Part shown: positions 30,376 to 40,046 of the stretch, piece by piece | Numbering within the stretch: the stretch's first letter is position 1 | How the letters are laid out: the number at the start of each line of letters is the position of its first letter | From: Bacteroidales bacterium | GTDB taxonomy: Bacteria; Bacteroidota; Bacteroidia; Bacteroidales; WCHB1-69 | NCBI GenBank assembly: GCA_031553535.1 | Contig: JAVBLM010000001.1 | Location: 129,600-193,599, forward strand | Length of the DNA stretch: 64,000 nt | Direction of reading: 5' to 3' | Position numbers and translations under genes: made by a program | The notes under the pieces: generated by a model | Told to the model about the DNA's origin: nothing | Seen by the model: the letters and a program-made list of their open reading frames with translations, nothing else | The model's database searches: none

Positions 30376-30529
30376 GTAAAAACAGGGAGGATTTTTCCCA
30401 CTTCGTTTCAATAAGCTCGCAAACTTGGTTCCTGGCTGCCTTGAAATAATAAAGATAAAGGGAATCTCAAGGTTCTCAATAATGCGATTGTTAGCATACT
30501 TTTACAGGCTAAAACAGTACAGAAAGTCA

Positions 30530-30563
30530 TTTAGGACGACACATATCACGGAGTAGTCCTAAA
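30530..30563 (-). terminator. Possible terminator hairpin downstream of the esterase gene
   Basis: Stem tttaggac (30530-30537) / gtcctaaa (30556-30563) with an 18-nt loop. The U-tract is weak on the minus strand and better on the plus strand. Confidence 0.35.
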
Positions 30564-30599
30564 CTTTTTCTTCCGGTTTTAGGTTGTTCTTTATTTTCA

Positions 30600-31817
30600 T
30601 TATTCTAAAGTTATTTCTTTATTATTTATATTATACTTTGGATTAGCCATATGATGAAACAGGAATTGGTTAATCTCTTGTTTCACGATATTGAGATTTC
30701 CATTGAAAGAGCCATCTTTTTCGGCATGAGGTGCATGTTTGCAATCGACAAACGGAACATATCTTACATTCATATTATACCCGGACATGTGTTTGTAAAT
30801 GGCATACGAACCATATAATTCCTGAGCACCAAAGAAAATATCCTTCATATATGAACTCAGATAATCCTGGAATGGAATTCCGGATTCATTGTATAAAATA
30901 TTATCCTCTGTCCCATGAAATAACAAAACAGGTATATTATTGCGTTCATCAATCATGTTAAGGTCATTGATTCCTCCCCACAAGGCAATTATTCCTGCTA
31001 ACTTAGGAGTACATGTTAAGGAATTGCCTGATTCATTAATGCCTCCAAACCGTTTCTTAAAGCCTTTTGTTTGGCAGCATTTAAACACTTCATCTTCATT
31101 CATAAACCCTGTTGTCAAGGCAATAATAGCTCCGGAACTGCTTCCGCCAAGATAAATCTGATCCGGGTCAATCTTAAGTTCATCGGCATAATAAGTAAGA
31201 TACCTCAGAGCGGAACGAACATCTTGCACACAGCAATAAATTCCCTTTTTAATATCACTATATCCCCGCAATTTTGTTCCCAACCGGAAATTGATGGAGG
31301 CAACCACAAAACCATTATCTACTAACTCTTTGGTCAATTCCATCTGTAAATCATTTTCTTTATCCCCAAAAAAGAAACCTCCTCCATGTACAAATAAAAA
31401 AACAGGTTTAATCCGGTTTTCGTCCTTTTCCGAACGATAAATATCCATATGCAAAGGAAGAAAATCCCGTTTATCGGAAACGGTAGCCAAGATACTAACA
31501 ACTTCTTTCAACAATTGATATGTCGTTTTATCGGCAACATTCATTGTCTTGGAAGTATAAAATCCTTTTGCATATCCATACAAAATATCCCTTTGAACAA
31601 CATAATGTGTGTTGATTTCCTTAGGATATATATCAGGATTTGCTACATTAGGATACCGTTCCACGGGGAAAATATGATTGTTTTGTATGTCATAATCTTG
31701 CGCACTTAACGATTGACAAGACATATTAATTAAAAAGAATGCTATGATAAACACAAAGTTTTTTGTGTTACAAAAGTATTCTTTAAATACACTTCTACAA
31801 AATATATTTATTTTCAT
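30600..31817 (-). CDS. Secreted alpha/beta-hydrolase (carboxylesterase/lipase-type)
   Basis: HGGGFFFG oxyanion motif and nucleophile elbow GGSSGA. N-terminal signal or lipoprotein-like sequence. Confidence 0.75.
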   Translation of the reverse strand: MKINIFCRSVFKEYFCNTKNFVFIIAFFLINMSCQSLSAQDYDIQNNHIFPVERYPNVANPDIYPKEINTHYVVQRDILYGYAKGFYTSKTMNVADKTTYQLLKEVVSILATVSDKRDFLPLHMDIYRSEKDENRIKPVFLFVHGGGFFFGDKENDLQMELTKELVDNGFVVASINFRLGTKLRGYSDIKKGIYCCVQDVRSALRYLTYYADELKIDPDQIYLGGSSSGAIIALTTGFMNEDEVFKCCQTKGFKKRFGGINESGNSLTCTPKLAGIIALWGGINDLNMIDERNNIPVLLFHGTEDNILYNESGIPFQDYLSSYMKDIFFGAQELYGSYAIYKHMSGYNMNVRYVPFVDCKHAPHAEKDGSFNGNLNIVKQEINQFLFHHMANPKYNINNKEITLE

Positions 31818-31984
31818 GACTCTGCATTTTTATTATACTTGATGAATTTATTTAAAGTTGTCTTTGTTTGTTTCGGGTTCACCCCTAATCTCTGCCTATA
31901 TCCCCTCCGGGATTTTTCCAAAAAGAGGGAAGAAAAAGGAAAAGAACTTTTGAGGATTTGTCAGTGGTTAATTCGCTAGTTACT

Positions 31985-32182
31985 AACTTCATTCCGAACA
32001 ACATATCCATATTACTTTTATTATGTATTGAAATAAGTGGTGGAATCCGCAACCTGAGAGCTTCTAACAAGGGAATTCCATCACCTCGCTTTTACTTCTA
32101 TTCCAAACAATACTTCTTGTTCATTCATCATTCCTATTAAAAGTCTTTCATCTTGCAAGAACACTCCGTTCGGAATGAAGTT
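31985..32182. promoter_or_regulatory. Candidate invertible DNA segment (168 bp flanked by a perfect 15-bp inverted repeat)
   Basis: aacttcattccgaac (31985-31999) is the exact reverse complement of gttcggaatgaagtt (32168-32182). The segment lies upstream of the esterase gene and contains a near -7 box (TAttgTTTG on the minus strand, about 32100-32110) that points toward the esterase. Confidence 0.4.
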
Positions 32183-32200
32183 CTTATCAAAAACTTATTG

Positions 32201-32494
32201 TCATATTGTCCTTTCGACCTTTAATACAAATGCCCGTAATCCTTGTGCTTCCGACTGGATGTCAAGTTCATGTAATAAATTAAGAAACGAATCTACTTTT
32301 TCGTCGTCAATCATTGTCCAAATGGCGCCATTCAATGCGGGCCAGGCATGGTCTCCATAACGAGGGTCGCCCGTACGGCTGCCTCTTCCGGCAACGGTAT
32401 CCCAATAGGTAAATCCACGAATTTCACATCTGTCCATTATGGATAAGATATCTTCGTAATACGCTTGATTAAATGCTACAAATATTGCTTTCAT
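32201..32494 (-). CDS. Small transporter-associated protein (P-II-like, family seen after Bacteroidales RND pumps)
   Basis: 97-aa ORF, last gene of the efflux operon. I recognise it as a small conserved protein commonly encoded downstream of Bacteroidales RND permeases. No motif-level proof. Confidence 0.5.
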   Translation of the reverse strand: MKAIFVAFNQAYYEDILSIMDRCEIRGFTYWDTVAGRGSRTGDPRYGDHAWPALNGAIWTMIDDEKVDSFLNLLHELDIQSEAQGLRAFVLKVERTI

Positions 32495-32573
32495 TTCATT
32501 TATTTTTTAAATTATTTTATTTCTGAATTATCTCGCTAACGCTTTGATGCACTCCCATGCTTCGCGTTCAGGT

Positions 32574-32634
32574 GCTTCGTTCGTCGCAATGACGTTCTTA
32601 AGTTTGTTCAGTGCGTCATTGCGACGAGCGAAGC
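32574..32634 (-). promoter_or_regulatory. Intercistronic 21-bp-stem GC-rich hairpin
   Basis: gcttcgttcgtcgcaatgacg (32574-32594) pairs with cgtcattgcgacgagcgaagc (32614-32634) at 20 of 21 positions, with a 19-nt loop. It lies between the RND stop (32654) and the small-gene start (32494). Confidence 0.6.
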
Positions 32635-32653
32635 AATCCCGTTTCCGTTTTCT

Positions 32654-35600
32654 TTATGAATTATTTTCTACCACAACCGATATATTTTGCTGATTCTTTT
32701 CCGCTTTCTTTCCTCTTTTTGCAGAGAAAATGCAATAAACAACAGGTATAAGGAAGAATGTCACCAAAGTTCCTATAGAAAGTCCCCAGGCAACCGTTGT
32801 TCCCATTGCCCGCCACATTTCCGAACCTTCTCCGGTTCCGAGCGCCATGGGCAACATTCCCAAAACAGTTGTCAATGTGGTCATCAAAACAGGACGTAAA
32901 CGTGATTTGCCGGCAGTAACGATAGCATCAGCCAAGCTCATTCCCCTTTCACGGCACATTTTGATATAATCTACCAACACAATCCCGTTTTTAGCAACAA
33001 TTCCCACAAGCATCAGCACCCCGATAAGAGCCATTACACTTAATGGTGTACTTGAAATGGATAATCCCAATATTACACCCACCATGGCAAAAGGAAGGGA
33101 AAACATAATCACAAACGGGTCTTTGAACGAGCCGAATTGAGCTGCCATCACCAGAAAGACCAGCGTGATAATTAAAATCAGCAAGGTAAAAAGATTGGAA
33201 AACGTTTCCTGTTGTGTTTCCAATGTTCCGGCTAAGCGGTATGTTACATCGGATGGCATATCAATCTGCGGCATAACCGTTTGAATAACGGTTACCAAGT
33301 CACTTAAAGCATATCCGCTGGCAACGGCTGCCGATACGGTAAGCACACGTTCACGGTCTTTTCGTTCAATAGTTGGCGGAGTCATTACTTCAACTACTGT
33401 TCCCAGATCGCGGATACGTATTCCCCTGCCTTGTGGATTATATACCAGAATATCTTCAATAGCATCGATAGATTCACGATATTCGGGAGCATAGCGGATC
33501 CGGATGTCATATTCTTCTCCGGCTTCGCGATAATAAGACGGTACCACTCCATTAATTCTATTGCGGAGGTATTGGGCGACAGTGGTTACATTCAAACCGT
33601 TCAATGCCAATTTCTCACGGTCAAAATCCACTTGGATTTCCGGCACATAATCACCCCTGCTGATGTCAACCTGGGTACATTCCGGCACATTCTTCAGTTT
33701 TTCCGCCAATTGAGCTGCAATAGCATCTGTTGCCGCAAAATCATAGCCGTAAATTTCCACATCCACCGTACTTTCGCCGCCCGTTCCACTGCCGCCTGCC
33801 GTTACTTTGTAATCTTCCAATTCGGTATATTTTTCCAGATCTTCACGCATCAAATCACTAATTTCCGTCATACTGCGTTTGCGTTCTTCCATCGGATAAA
33901 GCGTGATATTAAAACTGATAAAGTGGGTTCCGTTTTCGCTCAGGTTGCCAAAAGCATTATCCGCATCCGCTTGCCCTACGGAAAAATTGATGACCTCTAT
34001 TTCAGGATATTTTTCGGTAAACTCATCATTAACCGCCATGGCTAAATCTTTGGCAATATCCTGACGCGTGGAAACAGGAAGTTCAAGATCGATATTAATC
34101 CTGCCGTTATCCTGCGTGGGGAAAAATTCCGTTTTAATTCCCGGAGCAAGAAGCATTGTAGCTCCGAATATCGCTATTGCCCCAACGACAATAATTGTCC
34201 GGTGGTTAACCGACCAATGGAGCAATCTTCCGTATCCGCTACTCAAAGAGTTAAGTCCTCTATCTATAGGAGCATATAGTCTTGTTAACAAGCCTGCTTT
34301 CTTTTTTCCATCTTTTTTGTTTTCATTTTTTAATAATATGGAAGCCAACATCGGAATCAGCGTTAAAGCAGCTATCATGGAAATAGTCATGATGATAGCA
34401 ATCATCCAACCCAATTGTTTGAACAAAATCCCAGCCATTCCCGAAACCATTGTAATGGGAATAAATACCGCCAACATGGTCAAACAGGAACCGACAACCG
34501 ATTTCCCCACTTCCTTCGCTCCGAAGATGGCTGCCTGCTTGGGGCGGCTTCCGCTTTTGAGGTGCGTCATGACATTTTCCGTAACTACAATAGAATCGTC
34601 CACCACCATTCCGATAGCCAACGAAAGGGAAGATAGAGAAATGATATTTAGCGTATTTCCACTTACAAATAAATAGATAAGGGATGCAATCAGGGAAATG
34701 GGAATCGTTATGAGAATGATAATAGTCGCCCGCCATTTTCCCAAAAAGAAGAATACCACAAGCACCACAAGTAACAATATGATTAGAATTGTTTCCTGCA
34801 AAGAATTCATGGTGTTGAGGATATTTGTGGAAGTATCCGTGATAACTCCCAACTTTACATCCGAAGGCAATGTTTTTTGGATTTCCGGTAATTTTTCACG
34901 CACTTCTTCAGCAATATTTACCGTATTGGCGCCGGTTTGTTTTTGAATGACAATCATCGCTCCGCGTTGTCCGTTGGTATATGTTTCCTGCGCTCTTTCC
35001 TGCAAGGCATCTTCAACACGGGCAACATCACGCAAATAAATGGTTTTCCCCTCACGGCTTCCCACAACGATATCCAACATTTCCGAAGGGTCGTCAAATT
35101 CTCCCTGAACCCTCAAAGAATAGGTATTGGAACCTATATCCATATTTCCACCCGGAATATTCCTGTTTTCCATTCCCACCAATTGAGCGATAGCTTCCAC
35201 CGACAATCCGTAAGCATCCATTTTGAGCGGATCACAGTAAATATTTATCTCTCTTTGAGCCGTTCCCGAAACGGAAACCGTTCCCACTCCGTTTATCCGC
35301 GCCAACGGATTTGCGACTTTATCGTCCAAAATCTTGTACAACCCATTAGTACTTTCGTCGGAGATTACCGACAGAATGATTATCGGAATATCATTCGCCC
35401 CGAATTTAAAAATAATGGGATTTTGCGCATCATCAGGGAGACTGGTTTTCAACAATTCAAGCTTATCCCGCACATCATTCATTTTCATATCTATATCCAC
35501 CCCAAATTCAAATTCAAGATTTACAATAGATACATTTTCTTTTGAAGAAGAAGTGATGTGTTTGAGGTTGCTGATACTGTTTAACGTATTTTCAACCGGA

Positions 35601-35794
35601 CGCGAGATATTATTTTCCACATCGTTGGCATTGGCGCCGGGATAGGCGGTCATAACCAACAGGGAATTTGTCTCGATATTGGGAAGCAAATCCACCGATA
35701 ATTTACTGTAGGAAAAAAGTCCAAGTATGACGACTGCTATAAAGCATACCGCAGTCAGGACAGGATTTTTAACGGCTATTGAAGGTAATTTCAT
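32654..35794 (-). CDS. RND-family efflux permease (AcrB/HAE1-type)
   Basis: 1046 aa with 12-TM RND architecture and two large periplasmic loops. Typical N-terminus MKLPSIAVKNPVLT. Confidence 0.95.
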   Translation of the reverse strand: MKLPSIAVKNPVLTAVCFIAVVILGLFSYSKLSVDLLPNIETNSLLVMTAYPGANANDVENNISRPVENTLNSISNLKHITSSSKENVSIVNLEFEFGVDIDMKMNDVRDKLELLKTSLPDDAQNPIIFKFGANDIPIIILSVISDESTNGLYKILDDKVANPLARINGVGTVSVSGTAQREINIYCDPLKMDAYGLSVEAIAQLVGMENRNIPGGNMDIGSNTYSLRVQGEFDDPSEMLDIVVGSREGKTIYLRDVARVEDALQERAQETYTNGQRGAMIVIQKQTGANTVNIAEEVREKLPEIQKTLPSDVKLGVITDTSTNILNTMNSLQETILIILLLVVLVVFFFLGKWRATIIILITIPISLIASLIYLFVSGNTLNIISLSSLSLAIGMVVDDSIVVTENVMTHLKSGSRPKQAAIFGAKEVGKSVVGSCLTMLAVFIPITMVSGMAGILFKQLGWMIAIIMTISMIAALTLIPMLASILLKNENKKDGKKKAGLLTRLYAPIDRGLNSLSSGYGRLLHWSVNHRTIIVVGAIAIFGATMLLAPGIKTEFFPTQDNGRINIDLELPVSTRQDIAKDLAMAVNDEFTEKYPEIEVINFSVGQADADNAFGNLSENGTHFISFNITLYPMEERKRSMTEISDLMREDLEKYTELEDYKVTAGGSGTGGESTVDVEIYGYDFAATDAIAAQLAEKLKNVPECTQVDISRGDYVPEIQVDFDREKLALNGLNVTTVAQYLRNRINGVVPSYYREAGEEYDIRIRYAPEYRESIDAIEDILVYNPQGRGIRIRDLGTVVEVMTPPTIERKDRERVLTVSAAVASGYALSDLVTVIQTVMPQIDMPSDVTYRLAGTLETQQETFSNLFTLLILIITLVFLVMAAQFGSFKDPFVIMFSLPFAMVGVILGLSISSTPLSVMALIGVLMLVGIVAKNGIVLVDYIKMCRERGMSLADAIVTAGKSRLRPVLMTTLTTVLGMLPMALGTGEGSEMWRAMGTTVAWGLSIGTLVTFFLIPVVYCIFSAKRGKKAEKNQQNISVVVENNS

Positions 35795-35808
35795 ATCTTT
35801 ATAATTTT

Positions 35809-36840
35809 TTACTTGTTAATACTTGTTACTTCTACCTGAATGCCATCGTTAAGACGGTTTTGTCCGGTAACGGCAACTACATCGCCTTTTTTCAAACCGG
35901 ATACTATTTCATATTCATCACCTATCCTGCGACCGATATCGACTTTCCGGTAATTTGCAACACCATTTTTACAAATATAGACATACCTGTCTCCCGAACC
36001 GGTTTGTTTGAGTATGGCACGGTCGGGCAAAACGATACTTTCCGCCGAACCGTAATTTAAGGTTACACGTGCAAACATTCCCGGAAGAACACGCTCATTT
36101 TTGTTGTCAATCCGGATTTCGACCGGAAACGTATGGGTAGCCGGGTCAATGCTGGGATGTATCAAGGTAACTACTCCTTTAAACTTTTCATCCCCATAAA
36201 CATCCAATGTGACAGTTACCTCCATTCCTTTTTTTACTTTTGTAAATAAAGCTTCAGAAACATTTACCTTTACCTTAACCGGTTGGATTTGCTCCACTAC
36301 ATAAATGGGGGCCATTCCATTGTACATATCACCGATATCATAATTGCGCTTGGTGATAATTCCGCTGATTGGACTGCGTAATATAGTATTTTCCAATAGA
36401 TTTTCATACGTTTCTTTGGAAAGTTCGTACGCCATCTTTTTCCCGTCCCACACCGATTTGGCAATTCCACCGACTTTGTAGAGTTCATCGACCCTTTCAA
36501 AATCAATTTTGTCGTTTTCCAGTTTAAGTTTGGCTTGGTTAAGGTTAGCAGCATCCATTTCGACCAAAATTTGTCCTTTTTTAACATGGTCGCCCACTTC
36601 GGCGGAAATCCGTTTGATGCGTACTGGTTGTTGCGGAGCAATATTGTTTACAATTTCCGCTTCGACGGTTGCCGTAAATGTTCCTGCATGATCAACATCA
36701 CGTATGGATGCTGTTACTGTCTGCACTTTTACAACTTCGGGGACATCCGCTTGAACTGTATCCTGTTTTTTGTCGCTGCATGATGAAGCGATTAAAGTTA
36801 CTGCAATGGCATAAGCTCCTATTAATTTTTTCCTGTTCAT
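35809..36840 (-). CDS. RND efflux periplasmic adaptor (MFP/HlyD family) lipoprotein
   Basis: Lipobox-like LIASSCS. Barrel-sandwich and coiled-coil layout. Position directly upstream of the RND permease. Confidence 0.9.
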   Translation of the reverse strand: MNRKKLIGAYAIAVTLIASSCSDKKQDTVQADVPEVVKVQTVTASIRDVDHAGTFTATVEAEIVNNIAPQQPVRIKRISAEVGDHVKKGQILVEMDAANLNQAKLKLENDKIDFERVDELYKVGGIAKSVWDGKKMAYELSKETYENLLENTILRSPISGIITKRNYDIGDMYNGMAPIYVVEQIQPVKVKVNVSEALFTKVKKGMEVTVTLDVYGDEKFKGVVTLIHPSIDPATHTFPVEIRIDNKNERVLPGMFARVTLNYGSAESIVLPDRAILKQTGSGDRYVYICKNGVANYRKVDIGRRIGDEYEIVSGLKKGDVVAVTGQNRLNDGIQVEVTSINK

Positions 36841-36892
36841 GACTATTTCTATTTTAATGATTTATTACTGATTTTAATTTTTAACTCTTAAT

Positions 36893-38233
36893 TTATTCTT
36901 GTTTACTTTCTCCTGTTAATTTTTCCAATGATGATTTGGCTACTAAATAATTGTATATAGCATAATTCAGATTCAGTTGGGATTGTATCATCGACAATTG
37001 CGCCTGATTGACATCCAGAAATGTCCCCTCTCCGGTTTCGTAGCGTTTCATAGTAATGGTGTAGCCTTTTTCCGATTCTTCAACGCTTGCTTTTGCCGCC
37101 GAATATTGTTTTATGGATGTATTCATCTGGTCAACAGCTTGTTTCACTGCCATATTCAGGTTGCGTTCAACATCAATTCGCTGATTTTCAAGCTGCATCA
37201 TGTTTATTTTCGATTGTTTAACATCAAACATCCGTTTTCCACCGGAAAATATCGGAACATTCAAGGAAACGGCCACTGTTGAATATGGGTCCCACCTAAA
37301 CTTCCTAAAGTTGTCGCTCATCGACATCCAACTGTATCCAAATTGTGCACTTATGGAAGGATAATACTGGGCAATCTGCATCTGGCGTACTTTCCTCAAT
37401 TGAGCGTATTGTATATCCATTTGCCAAAGTGTACTGTTGTTTGCCAGAGAAGTAAACGGTACGGGATTCTCTGAAAACAGGCTATTTTCGTAATCATCCA
37501 AAGAATTGGCACAGGTTACATTTTTCTCCAAATCCAAGCCCAGCAATACTTTCAATTGCCAATGCGCCAGAATCAACGAATTTTCGGCGTTATAGACTTC
37601 CGGTTCGGCATTTTTCATACTTACATTCGCCCGGATAAGATCATATTCGGAAAGATAGCCTTTATCTACTTTCACCTTGATTTCATTATAGTTATAGACC
37701 GTATTGTCATAAGCCTGTTTATACACTTCATAAGCATTTGCCGCCAAAAGAACCATATAGTATGCTCGCTTTACTTGATCAATCATATCAAGTCTTGATG
37801 AACGCGCCTTTTCTACTGCCAGTTCAACATCGTAGGCAGAAAGCTTGAAACTCTGCCATAAAGGAACAGAGACGACAGGCATTCCGGCGGAAAAGCCTAA
37901 CGACCAAGTATTGTTCATCCCCATTTTTATCCCGTCTTCCATTCCCGGAATACCATCCATGTAAATGGTTTGCTTTTCAATGGAGTACTGATAAGCTCCA
38001 CTGAAATCTATTTGCGGAAAAAGAGAAGAAAAACCACCTTTACGGGCATATCGTTGTTTTGTAATTTCCTGATCGGCAATTTTAATCGTCAGATTCTCAC
38101 TTAATGCTATTTCAAGTGCATCTTTTAAAGTGAGGCGTAAAGTATCGGTATTCGTTTGCGCTTTGAGCAAAGTACCGCATAACAACACGGTAATCAAAAC
38201 TGCGAATTTCCTGTTTTTTATTATTGTATTCAT
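36893..38233 (-). CDS. TolC-family outer-membrane efflux protein
   Basis: 446 aa with a signal peptide and duplicated OEP repeats. First structural gene of the efflux operon. Confidence 0.9.
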   Translation of the reverse strand: MNTIIKNRKFAVLITVLLCGTLLKAQTNTDTLRLTLKDALEIALSENLTIKIADQEITKQRYARKGGFSSLFPQIDFSGAYQYSIEKQTIYMDGIPGMEDGIKMGMNNTWSLGFSAGMPVVSVPLWQSFKLSAYDVELAVEKARSSRLDMIDQVKRAYYMVLLAANAYEVYKQAYDNTVYNYNEIKVKVDKGYLSEYDLIRANVSMKNAEPEVYNAENSLILAHWQLKVLLGLDLEKNVTCANSLDDYENSLFSENPVPFTSLANNSTLWQMDIQYAQLRKVRQMQIAQYYPSISAQFGYSWMSMSDNFRKFRWDPYSTVAVSLNVPIFSGGKRMFDVKQSKINMMQLENQRIDVERNLNMAVKQAVDQMNTSIKQYSAAKASVEESEKGYTITMKRYETGEGTFLDVNQAQLSMIQSQLNLNYAIYNYLVAKSSLEKLTGESKQE

Positions 38234-38263
38234 GATATTGATTTTTAATAGATTATTTATATT

Positions 38264-38812
38264 TTATGTTAATATTGTTAATTCATGTAATCCTTTTTCG
38301 GTACATATTCCCTGTATGAATGCCAAAATGGAAGTATGCTGATACTTAAAGTCCAACATGCTTATTTCCTCCACAAAAATGGAAGCAATCGGCTCATAGC
38401 TCAATCCGGGAATAAAATATCCTTCTTCGGCTCCCTGTATGAAATAGAGTGTGCACTTTTCGCGAAATTTGGCTCTAACCATAGAGAAGAATTGGACGGC
38501 TCTGGAAAATTTTCTTATATCCTTATAAAATGCCGGAGATAAAGTCGAAAATTCACGAAAGACATCAGAACTGACTTTGAGAATTATCTCAGGAATAGAT
38601 TTAGCTTCTTTTATTATTTCTTCTTCTGAAAGGCATGCCTTTTTTGCTGCATGGCCCAGACATCGCAAAAGCAATTCCTCTTTATCTTTGAAATATATAT
38701 ATATAATATCCTCCGAAATATTCAAATTTCCGGCAAGTTGTTCCATGCTTACTCTTTCGATACCATCTTTGGCATAAAGTATACTTGCCGCTTCTATTAT
38801 TTTATTTTTCAT
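38264..38812 (-). CDS. TetR-family transcriptional regulator
   Basis: N-terminal HTH IIEAASILYAKDGIERVSMEQLAGNLNISEDIIYIYFKDKEEL. The start is moved to MKNK (ATG at 38812), because the upstream extension in the track has no family counterpart. Confidence 0.85.
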   Translation of the reverse strand: MKNKIIEAASILYAKDGIERVSMEQLAGNLNISEDIIYIYFKDKEELLLRCLGHAAKKACLSEEEIIKEAKSIPEIILKVSSDVFREFSTLSPAFYKDIRKFSRAVQFFSMVRAKFREKCTLYFIQGAEEGYFIPGLSYEPIASIFVEEISMLDFKYQHTSILAFIQGICTEKGLHELTILT

Positions 38813-38936
38813 CGTTATTTTATTTTTGATTTTTATATTCCAAAAATCAGACAAAAGAATGGATTTTAATAGGCTGAAACCGTCTAGAATTCGTCCAAAA
38901 CCGATAAGTTTATTTTTTGGAAAGTCTTTAATAATC

Positions 38937-38953
38937 AATATTTGATAAATATT
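38937..38953. promoter_or_regulatory. Palindrome AATATTT-gat-AAATATT in the tetR/araC divergent intergenic region (candidate operator)
   Basis: Perfect 7-bp inverted repeat with a 3-bp spacer. AT-only, so specificity is low. A second one, GATTTTT-n7-AAAAATC, is at 38828-38848. Confidence 0.25.
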
Positions 38954-39059
38954 CGTCCGTTTTTGACATCGAAAGATTTCAAGCTTAGAAAAAATAAAAT
39001 AACACGTAAAATATCTTAGGAACGATATTTGCTAATTATTACAAAAAATAAATCGTAAA

Positions 39060-39986
39060 ATGAACCAGCCTATAGGTGTAGAACTTGAGAATTTTGTTCG
39101 AGAAAAACATCCGAATAAGTATATTTTTAAGAATGAATTAATTATTTATGAAATTGATCAGGTTGATATGGAAATTGCAAAACAAATCCAAGAACAACCT
39201 CCAACCCGGATAAATGCGTCTTCATTCTTTTTTACGACACAAGGAGGAATGAGTGTTGATGTTGATTATCAAAAATATAGATTATCGGAAAACACGATAT
39301 TACAAATATCCAATATCCATATTCTTGACAAACTGAATTTTTCTCCTGACTTCAAAGGATATGTTCTGTTTGTGTCTCAAGACTTATTCAGCGTTATTAA
39401 AACAGAAGTTTTTTCTTTAAAATCATTAGGTTTTGAAACAAATCTTTTCCACCCTATTCTACAATTAAACAGAAAATCAACCCTCCTTCTGGAAGACATT
39501 ATTCACCGCATCCAAGGGCATATAAAAGATACAAATCATATCTTCCAGAGAAACCTCATCAAAAATGAAGTCAGCAACTTTTTGCTGGAACTTGCAGATA
39601 TGAATATTAAAAATGATAAAACTCCTGATCTTGTTTCGGAAACAAATCATAAAGAAGAGGTTTTACAGAAGTTTATCAAATTGATCATTTCGCATTGCAA
39701 AGAACAACATCTGGTCTCTTTTTATGCTTCCGAACTCTGCATGACACCGGAAAATTTATCCAGAATTATAAAAGCTATCAGTGGGGAAACTGTCAATGTA
39801 TGGATAGCAAATGCTTTGCTTGCTGAGTCGAAAATATTGTTGAGGAAACCTAAAATGAGCATTCAACAAGTGGCACAGGAATTGAATTTCGGAAATCAAT
39901 CTTCTTTTGGGAAATTCTTTAAAAAACACACTGGGAAAACCCCACTGGAATATAGAAGTGATGTCCTTTCAGATAAGGGAAATTAG
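39060..39986 (+). CDS. AraC-family transcriptional regulator
   Basis: C-terminal double HTH (ASELCMTPENLSRIIK... IQQVAQELNFGNQSSFGKFFKKHTGKTPLEYR). Confidence 0.85.
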   Translation: MNQPIGVELENFVREKHPNKYIFKNELIIYEIDQVDMEIAKQIQEQPPTRINASSFFFTTQGGMSVDVDYQKYRLSENTILQISNIHILDKLNFSPDFKGYVLFVSQDLFSVIKTEVFSLKSLGFETNLFHPILQLNRKSTLLLEDIIHRIQGHIKDTNHIFQRNLIKNEVSNFLLELADMNIKNDKTPDLVSETNHKEEVLQKFIKLIISHCKEQHLVSFYASELCMTPENLSRIIKAISGETVNVWIANALLAESKILLRKPKMSIQQVAQELNFGNQSSFGKFFKKHTGKTPLEYRSDVLSDKGN

Positions 39987-40046
39987 TAAATAAGACTTTT
40001 TGTAAGTCCGGACGAAAGTAGTAGCTTCTTTGCTTTATCAATAATT

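Noticed and set aside
32037-32090. tRNA/tmRNA-like 3' end (minus strand reads ...caggttgcggattccaccac)
   Set aside because: I could not fold a T-arm and acceptor stem or a cloverleaf around it. There is no matching 5' acceptor strand.
31885-32140. Track ORFs 31885-32070 (minus) and 31958-32140 (plus) in the esterase upstream region
   Set aside because: There is no family resemblance. They overlap each other on opposite strands inside the inverted-repeat-flanked segment, so the region is treated as non-coding and regulatory.
33431-35645. Long plus-strand ORFs (33431-34045, 34068-34676, 34937-35545 and others) antisense to the RND permease
   Set aside because: They are antisense shadows of a well-supported 1046-aa gene. 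Their low-complexity translations have no family resemblance.
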